Shown here one piece after another: positions 51,901-64,000 of a stretch of DNA of 64,000 nucleotides. Source of the DNA: Balanoglossus misakiensis (Eukaryota; Animalia; Hemichordata). Position 1 is the stretch's first letter; every line of letters starts with the position of its first letter. The position numbers and the translations under genes were made by a program. Location: the NCBI GenBank assembly GCA_040954595.2, contig CM082579.2, forward strand, positions 5,755,625-5,819,624. The letters are read 5' to 3'. The notes under the pieces were generated by a model. That model did not search any database. It was given only the letters and a program-made list of their open reading frames with translations, and had not been told where the DNA came from.

Positions 51901-54900
51901 TAAAAATGTCATCAGATTTCAATAAAACTGGCACGCACACAAAAAGCTCTACGAACTGTGAAAATGAATACGAGTACATTTGATAAAGTATTTGATGAAA
52001 TGTATCTTAAACTGAGAATCTCCCGGGGTTATTTTTTTCTGATTGGACTGTCAATATAGTCACTATCACAAAATATTGTTCTTCCATATTACGAGAGAAA
52101 ATGTTTTTCAGAACTGACAGCGAATCAAGAACTGCTTTGATGCCAACCGATTCACATGAAATCAACTGCTTCTCTCAGACAATAAAGGTACTGTATGCAG
52201 CCAACGCTAAAATTTGATTAGAGTTTCAAATCTCCAGCGTGGATATCTCCATGTACATTAATACACAATCACATTTACACGTCAATTACACAATATACAT
52301 CCATCGGCACTGTACAGCTCTGCGGCATGCAAGGTATTGTACCACGCACACACACACACACACTTCACCCGGCATTTGGGAAAATTTACCTTCGTTTCGG
52401 AACCAACTTCATTGTACACGCAATAGGGTCGGATACACACCGACGTCTACATGAGCAGTTCTGCGCCTGTCTCGCGTCGAGATTCCGCACTCCAGGGAGG
52501 AAAGGGGGGGAATCTCTGAGAAGCGCCCTTGTGTTTATCCTTGGGCATTCAATGCGAGTGACATCAAACACGGGGGTCACATTACGAGAAGCGCTCGGCG
52601 ATCTCATGAATACGTGAACATATTCAATGACTCACTGACAATCAAATTACTATAATTTATTCGTTGGATTTTATAGTCATTATCCCGGTTTTATTTACTC
52701 TGCTTTTCATTCACTCAATCAGCTGGAAGCCGAGGGGGTGGGGGTGATGGGGTGGTTTCGATCGACCACACCTGCGTTTATCGAGAGTAGGAGGAAAATA
52801 CAATTTGCTGAAATGACACAGTGGATATCAATTATATTAATATCTTTAATGCCATTGAAAAACGTGAGAACCAATCTCTCGCGGGTTACTCAGTCACGAC
52901 AAAAAGCTTGCCATTTAGACGAACTGAATGCTTCCTAACAATTCATCGCAAACCGGATCATTTACATAATTCTACAGGAGAAAAACTCATCCAATTTCAC
53001 GTAATCAAATTTTCAAGCAAGCAATCTGTGTCTATGAAGTGATGAAATTATGGCTTTCTAATGTAATTTTCCAATTTTGTTTCTGTTCTGTCCCTTTGCA
53101 GTCAATATTTTTATGACATGCTGACGTTTCCTGCATTTAGTTTATTATAATTTGAATCTCATAATATTTGATTCAAATAACTCGTCAAACCAGTGTGATT
53201 GGCATTGACTAAAACTGGTGAATAAAATATGATAAAATTATGGTAATTTTTTGTATTTTGTTCTGAAGTGCTACATTAAAACACGTATTTTATTCAAGAA
53301 TCTGATATCTAGATGTTGTTGACCTCACATGACCTAACATTTAACTCTTAGAATGGTTGTTTCTACGTCAGCAACATGCAAAATCAAACTGAGTTATGTA
53401 ACACACAGCAGCTCTAAGAATTTCAGCAAAGATTAGAAATGAGGATTTTCAGATCTTTTGAAGATTCAGCAAAGGCCATTATTATGCAGATCAACCATGT
53501 CGGAACGTGCAGAAGAAGAAACCTGTTCAATTTTCTCTTGGATAGCTGAGATTACGGTTGACGCGGGATGCCGACTTCTTGGCATCGGACGAAGACAGGA
53601 AGGCACCCAGTCAGTACGTGGTGCGTAATGCCTTATCTCATGCAGAGTTTTGACATTTCAAGTCACAGCAGACAGCCTCAAAGACGCTACACTACAGGTG
53701 CCCATTAAACGGACGACTCAACAGACAGAGATAATACGGTAAACGAGAAAAGCTCGAGTTGAGTTACACTGCAGCCGTGTGCAAAAATGAACAGAAATGC
53801 AGCATACATCATCTGTACACCTGCCCTTGCAGTTGATTCGAGGCGAGGGTTAAAGGTATCTGTCAGGTATATTGGTGTTCACTGTCTCAATTCAAAATCA
53901 CTGAGAACAGAACCTGCATTGACATTTCAACAAAAGGGCCTATTTCCTGACAACCTGATAATTTCACAGAAAAAACAAGAGCAGTATCTGATTTTTCCCA
54001 AGCTAAAAGGACACACACTGTGAATACCGATGGACTTTGTCATGAATGCATTTATTAGATTGTGTACATTTTGCAGCTGTTTCAATTTCTCTTCACAGGA
54101 AAATCCACAAGGCTATTACTTCTTTATGATTCAAAACCTGTGAGATACCAGATGAATATTTATATTCCATATTTGATGGCAATCTTGGAAACTGTACGGT
54201 GGGGATTTTTACGGCTGGCCTGCCTGCAAAATCAAACGGTACTGCAGTTCCCTTGGAAATCTTCGCACGGGGAATTTTAAATTTTGACTTTGCAACTATT
54301 ATCAAAACTGCAACAGAGCAGGTGGCTTGTCATTATTATCAATCCAACGTTTTGCGTAATTCCGGGATGAAAAATTGCTGAGGCATGAGAATAGATGCTC
54401 CCTACGAAGGATTACATAGGGAACCTAGGTTACTCAGCTGAACCAGACCTGGCTTTGGAGAATGAGAAGGTATTCCAGTGGCCAGTGAGGGAGCAGTCTT
54501 CTGAAAGTAATGATGCATATTAGATTATTACACTTCTCACATAGTTTGCATACACGTATCACTAAATATCTGAAAGGCAGAGACTACATATTATCTAAGA
54601 CGAGCTGTCAACTAATTTTGGGGACAAATAAAAAATATGGCATTTAAAATTTCAACTATAAAATATATGTATATATGTTTTTTTGAGAAACACACAAGTT
54701 GGTTGACCGTATTAATAGGGTACACTGGTATGTGGATTCTACATGGTCAGTACAGACACGGTTTTCAATTACTCTATATGAAAGTTGAATACACACAAGA
54801 AACGGCAAATATGGATCTACGACATTCAATTATTTTACGTGGCACTTAAAGGGAAGCAATAGGAACTTAAATCAACACCTCTCTGATGACGTCATTTGGG

Positions 54901-57900
54901 GACTGCAAATTACAAAGCAGGGCAGAAGGGCTGAGGGACAGCATTTGCACACACGTCTCATTTCCGTGGCTACTGTCGTCATCAGAAATTCAATCTTTTT
55001 TTTTTGCAAATGGAAACAAGGTAATCACAATTATTGCATAAGATTACAAGCTAGAGAAATTATAGGTGAGCTGTGTCTGATTGAATATTTTACCCCACTG
55101 CATTAGAAATCTTTACAAATATAACAAATTGATTAAACAGCATGAAGAGATTGTGTACACGTACACATGACATATATGTGTGTAGGCAGACATGAATAGA
55201 CAGACAGACACACATACATACACATCTAGATAACAGGCTGAACAACTCGAAAGCAAATCCACTATTACGCGCCGACGTAGTCTGCTTTCATTGTGCGACC
55301 TATCAAGATTGCACAACATTCCTTGACAAGTTAAAAGTGAAACAGACAAGGTTCCCCCTGTCAGACGCTCTCCAAACAGCCAGGTCCCAAATACCTTCCT
55401 GATTGACCTAATGCGACGTGCACATTTGTCCTCGCCGCGTGGCGAAGCAGGAATCAAATTGGTCAAGATTCCACTTAGCCATTGTGCCTTAATATCAGCT
55501 TGTCAAACCCAGCACCATCTCCTGGCATGTAATTGAGTTGTTTTTTTTCTGCTTTTCTCACTCGCACAAATGCTAGCTAGGAAACAGCTATCAGGGTTTT
55601 TATTCAACCTCGCGTGAAAGAGCGTGCAAGGCCGAGCGAAACGACAGCGTTGGGAGGATTTCGGTTCAAGCTGAGTCTACAAAATGATCGGGTTGTCAAG
55701 GAAGTCCCCCAGTGTGACAATTGCACGGAGCTGAAATGAATCCCACAGCGGGATATGTTTTTTCATGAATCTGGCTTCTTGGTGCGAGCTCGAAACCAGT
55801 CAAAACCAGTGAAAAAAATTAAGCATTCTCTCGTACGCTCTATAGTTTCATTGATGCAATCATGCAAGACTCTCTCTCTCTCTCTCTCTCTTTCATGCAA
55901 CATCCCGATAACCTCCTTGCCCCTCCTGCAGGGAATACGGCTAAAGTATCACGACGGAATCCAAAATGACAAGTCATTAAGATTCTGCGGAGTGCTGGGG
56001 AGATTTGTTGAGTTGATAGGAGTAACTGTTGGTAATGATAGCAGAAATACATACCTATTGCTGTGGGATTCGGTTCTGCATATTTTCTTGCCAGGGGAGC
56101 AACCTTTGCCATCGGAGCCTGGATCCGACTTTCTCTTCATCTGGAATTCATAAAATAAAAGAAACATTACAATTTAGAGATATTGCTTTTAGTAGAGTAT
56201 CATTGTGTTCATAGATGTGTGTGTGTGTGTGGGGGGGGGGGGGTGACGGGGGGGGGGGGGGTGAAGGGGGGAGGAAGAGATTGACAGACTGAGCATAAAT
56301 ATATATGAGTATGTATGTCGATACATAGTTGAATGTCAATTGAGATCGTTACATACATACATACATGAGGCATCATTATGATACTGCATTTAGATTACCG
56401 TAATGCCAAAATTATAGCATACAAATGAATCTTTGGGTGGGGGAAAAGGCCAAGTCTCACCATCGAAGAAACCACAGGTTCACCACTCTCAGTGCCAAGT
56501 TCATGGTATACAAGGCCTACTGACAAAGAGATTCAATCTCCCAAACAATAAGCCGAACCTTTCGAATGGGGTTGAAACGCCAATTGTGTGCATAGGAATC
56601 TGTCAGTACGGAGTGGAGTGCGTGGCTGTTTTGTCCGATCTGGGGGCAGCTTTGCACAAACACAGTCCTGACAGTGTGTGTGTGTTCGTTTAGAGAATGC
56701 TTGTGCGACGTCCAGCACTGAAACAAAGCCAACATTTGTACTTGTGACCTTGTTCCCTCCCGGCACAATCAGTGGACTCCATCGAACATTCGGCTCGGGC
56801 GACCGACCGACCAGCCGGGCCTTGGCTAATCCCCCGGCCGAGAAACTATCAATACCACATTGTTTGTGATACAATTACTACTTTATACAGAGCTGAATTG
56901 TTGAGGCGATCTCCATGTGGGGCACCCGGAGTGAACCGCCTTGGCGAGGGACAGACCCTGACCTGTTTCAGGGCATTGGCACCAGATATGAAACCGCACG
57001 TCCACTCAATGAGTCCACTGTGTAAACTGACCGCACATTAAAACTAAGTCCTCTCTCAATATATTCCTTTCTTTAATAAGCTCAATTAGCCCCTCCTGTC
57101 GGAAAAGTGTGGGAAAGAACTGATCAACATGGCACATTCCACCCTCGGACTAACAACGGTGTCTTGCGCCAACACAGGAGCGACCCAGTACACCGTTTAA
57201 CTTTTGCACATGCTGATTTAAAGAGACGGATCAAAGCATGTTATTTCCGGTTACGGGTCACCGATTCGCGGCGGGCGATCCGAACCTTTCCCCAAACATT
57301 CCAGTCAATGCACTTACACTCAGATGATGGGATGGTCTCTACGCGAGGTTGCAAAGAGCCCTACACATGTATGTGTGCGCGTACCAGCAGACAAGGACGA
57401 TGTCATACTGTACAGCCAGGCATAAAATACAACCGTGATCTGAATGAAGGTCACGACCAGTGTGTGAGAGAACTTTATACATGCATTATGTACCTATCTC
57501 TGCCAGAGATAACATAACAATTGAAGAACTGAGCTGACACTGCAGTACTATACTGTACTTGTACGTGTTCTGAGCCTTGCAATTGAAATGACAAAGAAAC
57601 AAAAATCACACTAAAATGTACACAGCCATAATCAACATTTGATATTCTAATTCTGGAAACCAAACACTATTATTTGCTAAACAAATACCACTGTAATTTG
57701 AAAATGCAATTACAGAAATCAAAGATTACAGGATTTGTTACGGTGCCTATTTGCCTGTTCCGGAACAAACAGTAGAGTAAGAATATAAAATGAGTCTTGA
57801 TATTAAAATATTGATTGTTTCTTCGAAAGATCATTCACAAAAATGAAATAGCCAGCTTAAAAGCGATGATTAGCGCAATTTCCATGCAGAAATTGCTATA

Positions 57901-60900
57901 TATAGTTCCACTTAATCCAATTCTACGCATACATGTTTTTGTTTAAAAATGGGGAATTAACGAGATCTCGAAGACTTGACAAGTTTTCCATTAAAAGATG
58001 ATTTCGTGCTGTGTCTTAAGTAATGACCAAGAAGCCCTATTGTGCTTACCAAGAAGTGGGCACACATGCTGGGGAATCCATCAGGCGTCAGAGACATTGT
58101 TGTTCCCACACACTGGGCACACATACACACAGACTGACGCACACAATAACTACGTACGGCCAGTTATTTTGCATATAATAGAACAACAGAGAACAATTAC
58201 AACAGGTGTATTTGGGATGGCCGCTCCGTACCTCCCCACGCACCGACCTTTGCCACAAATCGCGCTCAAAGAAACAATGCCACCGCATTCCACCAGCTGA
58301 AAATACAAATACACAACTGAACCAGCCAGGCATGCCTGGCGCGGTTAGAACACGCAACAAGGTAGCCAAAGAGCGTAGCCCGCCTCAGGACTTTGAACCA
58401 TTGTTTGATGACAGGGATCCGCGAGGATGGATGGGGCTGACGAGGACAACGGTCAGAGTTCAATCCCCTGGCATTGACCTCAACGGGTACAGACAACGGT
58501 CATTTGGCAGTTACAAAGGGATCTGGGATTACCGCCTGTTGCAACAGTGCCACTCTGAGATTTCTCCTATTATCGGATGAATGCTGGCAAGGGGCCAGTG
58601 TATATTGCAATATTACAAGTGAGAAAAAGATTTTCCGTATAATGGCTATAATATGGCTAAAGGCTTGAATTCAACTCAATATTGACAGGACAGTGCATGC
58701 CAGCTCCGTTTCATTTCATTTGAAGGTTTGTTTGACTTAATTCACAAACATACTCTGACATATTCTGACATTTCTCTCAAGATCTGCATTGCAATATTAT
58801 CCCTCTTGGTGCAGGGCACCATCCCTATCTTGTCGCTTTGGAAGACTCCCACTCATTCTGTTTCAGTGGGCCAATCTACATCTGATATTGGAAAGAGGGT
58901 GGGGGGAGTGCAATCAAATCTAATAATTTTAATAATTCTTCATAAAAACATGTCTTTCCTCTCGTTTCGAAATTGTCATACACACCACACAGTCCCAATC
59001 AGAAGCAATATGGCAATAAAGTAGCATCACTGATGCCCACTTACAGTGCTAAAACACCCAATACAGACAGGCAATCAGCAAACAAATACTACGATTAAAC
59101 TAATAGCTATTGAGCAACACACTCCGCAAACATTCCATTTGAATGCCATTATGTAACGTGTAAAATGGTCAATTTCTCTTCATACATCGACATCAAATCA
59201 AATTACGAGTCTGGTGTACGAAATAGGATAGTCCGGGATTTTTTCTCTCTCGGAAACCTCATCCCTTTTAATATATCACCATGGCGACAGATTGCGCAAT
59301 TATACTTCTTCAGCTACTGAATAAAGTGTCAGATAACCTCCTGATATTTATTTATATAACATTTAACCAAAAGCCAATGCTCCAGTCTAAACCAGAAATG
59401 TCTCACTCGTGCATTCTAACCACAAACTATATCATCTACACAAACCATGCATGGTGCTGAAAACAGACATTACTTCATTTCTCGATGCCTGCAAAACTGC
59501 ACTGCAGAGACTAATTAGTGTTCCTACACTGAACGAGTCTCTAATAAGATGACTTTTCTCAGACCCATGATTAATTGATTGATTTCACTTATTTGGCAAA
59601 CACAAAAAATACACAAGCGAGCTGTCATTTTAGTTCTCTCAATACAACTGATTCGTTAGACAAACTTCAGTAATTAATTGCTCGGACGCGTGCATTTTTA
59701 TGGGGTAAAACTCATTCCACTCCAAATTGATGTCCGATGACAGCAAGTCAGTCAACAGCCTTTCGAGTTAAGCTCTCCCCCCCCCCCCCCCCCCCCAATA
59801 TGAAACTGTGTCGACAGACATTTGTAACAGCTGGTCCAACCAGAACTATACGCTTGACATCAGACTCCTTTGCAACTGGCCATATACAGACAACACATAA
59901 CTTAGCCCCCACAGATTACGGCTCCTATTTGCTAAACTCTATTGCCTGCATAAAGCAAGTTTCCTGTACCCAACTTTAGGTGTCAACCTCGTATGACTCA
60001 AGCTCTCTTCAATCATAATACGAGCATTCATAAACGCGGATTAAAGTTCATGTGCGGGGGGAGCAAAGGCCTAGGGATTTTGATCTACCTGTCATCGACC
60101 GACCAATACTTCAAAACGATGAGTAAAATTAACTATGACTACATGCAATTAATTACTGGATCATAAATATTCGATTGAAAAAAAAAATTGTTGGGGGGGG
60201 GGGGGGGGTTAAAATACATCAAAGTGAGACTTACTCAGCTGTGGTGCCATATTTGAAGGGTCTCGTAACATTTTTATTACAAGGGCCACACGCTATTTCA
60301 GAATATGCAATATCTGATGGCCTGTAAATTTGCTAGGTTCTTGCCACAAACTAATCAGGGCATTTGACAAAATCTTTTGCTCTTCTCCCCGTCGTAAAAA
60401 TCATTTTGCCAGCTCTGGATCACAAAATTTCAAACCGCAACCACAGATCACAATTTTTTTTATCACCCCACTACAATTCTTTGATAATTCAGCGCCAAAA
60501 AACATTGACATCCTAACAGCATTCACGAGAATATAATCCCATTTCCAAGAACCGTTCACACCAATGTTTTGCAGGTTCTGCATTACTGAATTTTACTCAC
60601 AAATTCAGCTGATCATGAAAAGGAAACTTAATTCTGAATTTTGTAAATTTATAATTTTTCATGTAAATACGAACAATATAAATTGATATAATAGCTTAAA
60701 TAAATTGATATAATAATCACAAAATGACATGCCGGTACCCAGATACATAAATACACACATCTTCCTGTAACTATCACAGACAGTTGGTAGTACAGCATCT
60801 TGGTACTTGTACCTGATATGTTTCAGTCACCATTCACACACTCACACGCATGCACACATACACACACACACATAGGCACACAAAGAAGGCTGAGAAAAAG

Positions 60901-63900
60901 AGATCTTAAAAACATTCTTGAATCTTAAAGAAATCTCAAAGTACACTGTTTCCATTACCTGGTGCGTAGGCTTCTTGCAAGCGTACCCCATGTAACATCC
61001 CATCTTGAAGGCAATCGCTCCAATGAAAATCAACTCATTACTTTGAAAGAGCAGAGAAAACTGGCAGCCAATCAGAGGCGTCTTAGTCTAATGAGCATTC
61101 TCTCCAGCCCACTCCGTCTGTCTTTAACAGGCGATTGCAGCTTGTGGTTTACATCACTCCTATAGTATCATCGGCGACACAGGACCGCTCTTGCAACTGG
61201 CCTAAACCAATTAGAGTGTGTAAAACACACACTGGTGAGGCCCGGTATGCCAATGAAAGGGGGTTGGAATCCATCCCTACTCAGGATAACATCAATTTCA
61301 CCGCTCGCAATACAATCTTTAAACCCCATAAAATCCCCCGCCGTTTCCTTCCGTACAATGAAAGATGATTCCAGCAGGGTAGGCTTACATCACAAAGAAG
61401 GTAACGAACACTGCAAAGGTGGGGGGGGGGGGGGTGTTCAGACATGATACATCTCTCCGCACCGGCCAGTAACTTGTAACTCCCTCATCCAAAGTCTTAA
61501 CGAAGATGCAAAAAAAATGTTCTCACAAATGTCAGTATTATTCCCGAGATGACTGAGTACACGTACATGTGTGAGCGTTGACAAGCCAACACCAGCACTT
61601 ATACTTATGTCCATCTACTGGACCAGCATCGGCTCATTGCATACATGATGATATCAATGGCATCAGGTTACTAAATTCTGAGCCGCAAAAAGGGCAGTGA
61701 AATTATCAGACTGTACCCAAGTCCCCCCCCCCCATATTTTACAATGATAAAAGTCTGAATTACTATCGATGTATGATGAAAAAATGACATGCCCTCTGGC
61801 AAAAAAATCTATGTGTACACATTTAATTAAAGAGGCTCCACGCTGTGTGTATTCTAATGACTATGCTTCTTTTAAAACAGCGACTCTCAATTCATTGCTT
61901 TTGAAAAGATCTTGGCCCCTCAAAGCATCTTTTCAATGATGCCAACTATTCCAAATTTAAAATAGTTGGCCAGGGAAAGTTGATTAATTGCTATTGCTCA
62001 AAAGTTTTCGCGTTGGCATCCACTATGAACAATGGAGGGAAGTCAGCATTATTTTTCTCATTTCCTGTTTCGTACAAAGTACATCAGGTCACACCAACAC
62101 AACAGCCTTACTCTGCGCTGAAACTATGATCACCTTTGCTATGAGTATGAATTATCAACAACCAACATCACAGGTGCGTTTATGATTACGCGTACTCCAC
62201 ACTCCTAAAAGATGACGAGAATCTATACATTCCAAGTCAACCCAATCGGCCTCACACTTCTCTCTCGACATGGAGATCCGCCTAATATAATTTAATTTTC
62301 TCCTGCCAAGGTCTATCATAAAGTTTGAACATCATCACAAATTTCACGGGCTAATTAATTCCTGAACAATATCTTGAAAAGGCTAATCCCCCCGCTGACA
62401 TTAAATCAATTACTCTTGGGGGATTCGTAATTACGGCGCGGTTTACACACTGCCTGCGACCGGGGAAAAAAAAGTCGTCATAACAGTAACCAATCATCTC
62501 TTTCTTTGTGGAATATTATTCAGGGTAGTTCTTGCTATCTGATGCGGAGTCGAGGGTGGAGATGGGGGGTCACAGATCTGCCTACCTGGCACCACCATGG
62601 TTCAGTCCAAACCAATTCTAAGGTACATGTAAGGTTGGACCTCTAAAGCAGGGGGTGAAAGAGTAAAGACCTTTTCTGGCAAATGACCCAATTTTGCCAA
62701 CCATGCATATCACACACTAAAAGAGAGGCTACGATAGACCCATCACCGCGCTTAATTTATTTTTCTTTCATGAATCCGGGGCAAAGGTGGGCAGAAATGG
62801 GTCAGAAGGCACACTGACTACACTGTGTTTACAATGTCACCCTGGTATCTATTTACGACAGATCAATCGGGAGGGCAAATGAGGTCGCAACTTGGGTTCT
62901 GTCAATACAGATGCCACATGGCCTGACTGTCTCGCCCAACACAAAGCTGGCCTTTCAAGTTGTCTCCAGTCAACGGCTGATAACCGGTGAGGACAGGACC
63001 CACATGTAGATAAACCCAGAGCATACACAATGATAAGCCTGAGCACATTAATGATAAAGTCTAAATGGACCGACGCAGCAGATTTCAATTCCTGTGTCCA
63101 CACTTACACATGCCTATTACTCAAGAGTCAGCATAATAACAACGCTTTTCTACGCCAACATCAACAGCAAGAGCTCAAACTCTCTCTGCCGTCTTCAGAC
63201 CAAAATATACAAGGGCACATTTGCCGGATTCTTGACGACAATGTCAAGACGCACTGCCTGACCTTGTGTAACATCTTCACTTTTGACTCCCCACCCCATC
63301 CTCCTAGGCTCTCTCTAAATTTATCTCCCTCTGTCTATTAATTAAAAGGGAAATACAGTGGGTATTAGTTGACAAGTTAAATACCCTTCGGGAGACATTA
63401 ACTTAATTGAATGTTTCAATTATATTGGCCATGCTTGGCATTAATTTTTTCCCCTCAAATCTAATTACAAGTTTCACCCACAGGTGACTTTCTTTAAGAT
63501 GAAACTCCCAAGACTGTGAAACAATGCGTACAAATTGATCAAATAGTCCATGTGGGTCTTATATTTGAGTTTTATATTAATGTAATGAAAACAGTCTTCT
63601 CAAGATAGGTACATGTCTTTGAATGACAGGGGCATTTTCTCATAACAGTTCAATTCCCACTGTGCTTCAATGGATAGGACTTCAACAGGGGTGAACAAAA
63701 CTCTGAAAACTTACCACACTCTTGGAAGTGGTGGCAGCGCTGCTCTTCGAAGACCGGGGAGTTGTCGGCTGATCCTCGTCCTCCTCCTCATCGTTGCTGT
63801 GGAAACGCCGCCTCACCGATCCGGCCGGTATGTGGGCGGTCGTGGCGGTCACCGTGGTGGACCTGCGCGTGGAGTTCCCGCAGTTGGCGCAACTGTGCAA

Positions 63901-64000
63901 GGTGTGAACGGTCTTGCAAGAGCCCGACGACGGGTTGCTGTTCCTGCTCATGTCTGAGGTGCTGCTGCTGCTTCGACTGCCGCTCGTGCTGCAACTCCTC
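42972..64000 (-). CDS. FBXW7: F-box/WD repeat-containing protein 7 (SCF substrate receptor; Fbw7/archipelago/SEL-10), 5' partial
   Basis: Minus-strand exons: alpha-like first exon >64000-63715 (Ser-rich, acidic DEEEDED, donor GTG|GTAAGT), 56140-56055 (MKRKSDPGS), 51133-50995, 49740-49606, 47299-47039, 46057-45944, 45774-45593, 44722-44497, 44006-43796, 43246-42972. The common part is 542 aa. Dimerization domain and F-box [21 protein letters not shown]; WD40 repeats with the phosphodegron arginines HTSTVRC, SGSRD and AAVRC; C-terminus [17 protein letters not shown]. Confidence 0.96.
52390..52607 (-). other. Candidate alternative first coding exon of FBXW7 (would join 51133)
   Basis: CpG-rich ATG-initiated ORF of 72 codons ending at AG|GTAAAT in phase 2, matching the phase of the 51133 acceptor. 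Confidence 0.4.
58050..58124 (-). other. Candidate alternative first coding exon of FBXW7 (would join 56140)
   Basis: [25 protein letters not shown] ending at a strong donor TTG|GTAAGC in phase 0. Confidence 0.35.
60959..61003 (-). other. Candidate alternative first coding exon of FBXW7 (would join 56140)
   Basis: AAGATGG Kozak context, [15 protein letters not shown], donor CAG|GTAATG in phase 0; CCAAT box about 65 bp upstream. Confidence 0.4.
62584..62667. mobile_element. Diverged copy of the 39453-39536 MITE family, opposite orientation
   Basis: Shares the colinear blocks CCAC(C/A)ATGGTT, GTCCA, GTAAGGTTGG and GGGGGTG(A/G)AAG with the reverse complement of 39453-39536. Confidence 0.5.

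Noticed and set aside
56215-56275. (GT)n and poly-G tracts (also near 2475, 17690, 44150, 60193, 61420) as G-quadruplex elements
   Set aside because: Homopolymer G/C runs are scattered throughout the window, with no specific evidence of function.
57318-57400. Strong minus-strand donor AGT|GTAAGT in FBXW7 intron 1
   Set aside because: An in-frame stop lies 8 codons upstream in phase 0; it could only be a non-coding exon and has no other support.

Overview
This is eukaryotic (metazoan) genomic DNA, AT-rich, with GT-AG introns; an invertebrate deuterostome-like origin is an inference only. From 1 to about 27 kb no protein-coding exon can be confidently identified. That region has CpG-rich patches, small MITEs and candidate first exons, possibly of a minus-strand gene lying off the window. 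Four genes follow. (1) AIMP1/p43/pro-EMAP II on the minus strand. (2) TBCK on the plus strand, head-to-head with AIMP1, with 19 coding exons and about 898 aa. (3) An intronless RING-Bbox-Bbox-coiled-coil-filamin TRIM gene nested antisense in a TBCK intron. (4) FBXW7 on the minus strand, tail-to-tail with TBCK, whose 5' end runs off the window. The most notable observations are a splice-assembled AT|G start giving AIMP1 a 9-aa mitochondrial-type leader, a U12 minor-spliceosome intron in TBCK, the nested TRIM gene, several frame-compatible candidate alternative first exons of FBXW7 (one starting MGC), and an extensively complementary miR-29-family site in the inferred FBXW7 3'UTR. All exon coordinates were read by hand.
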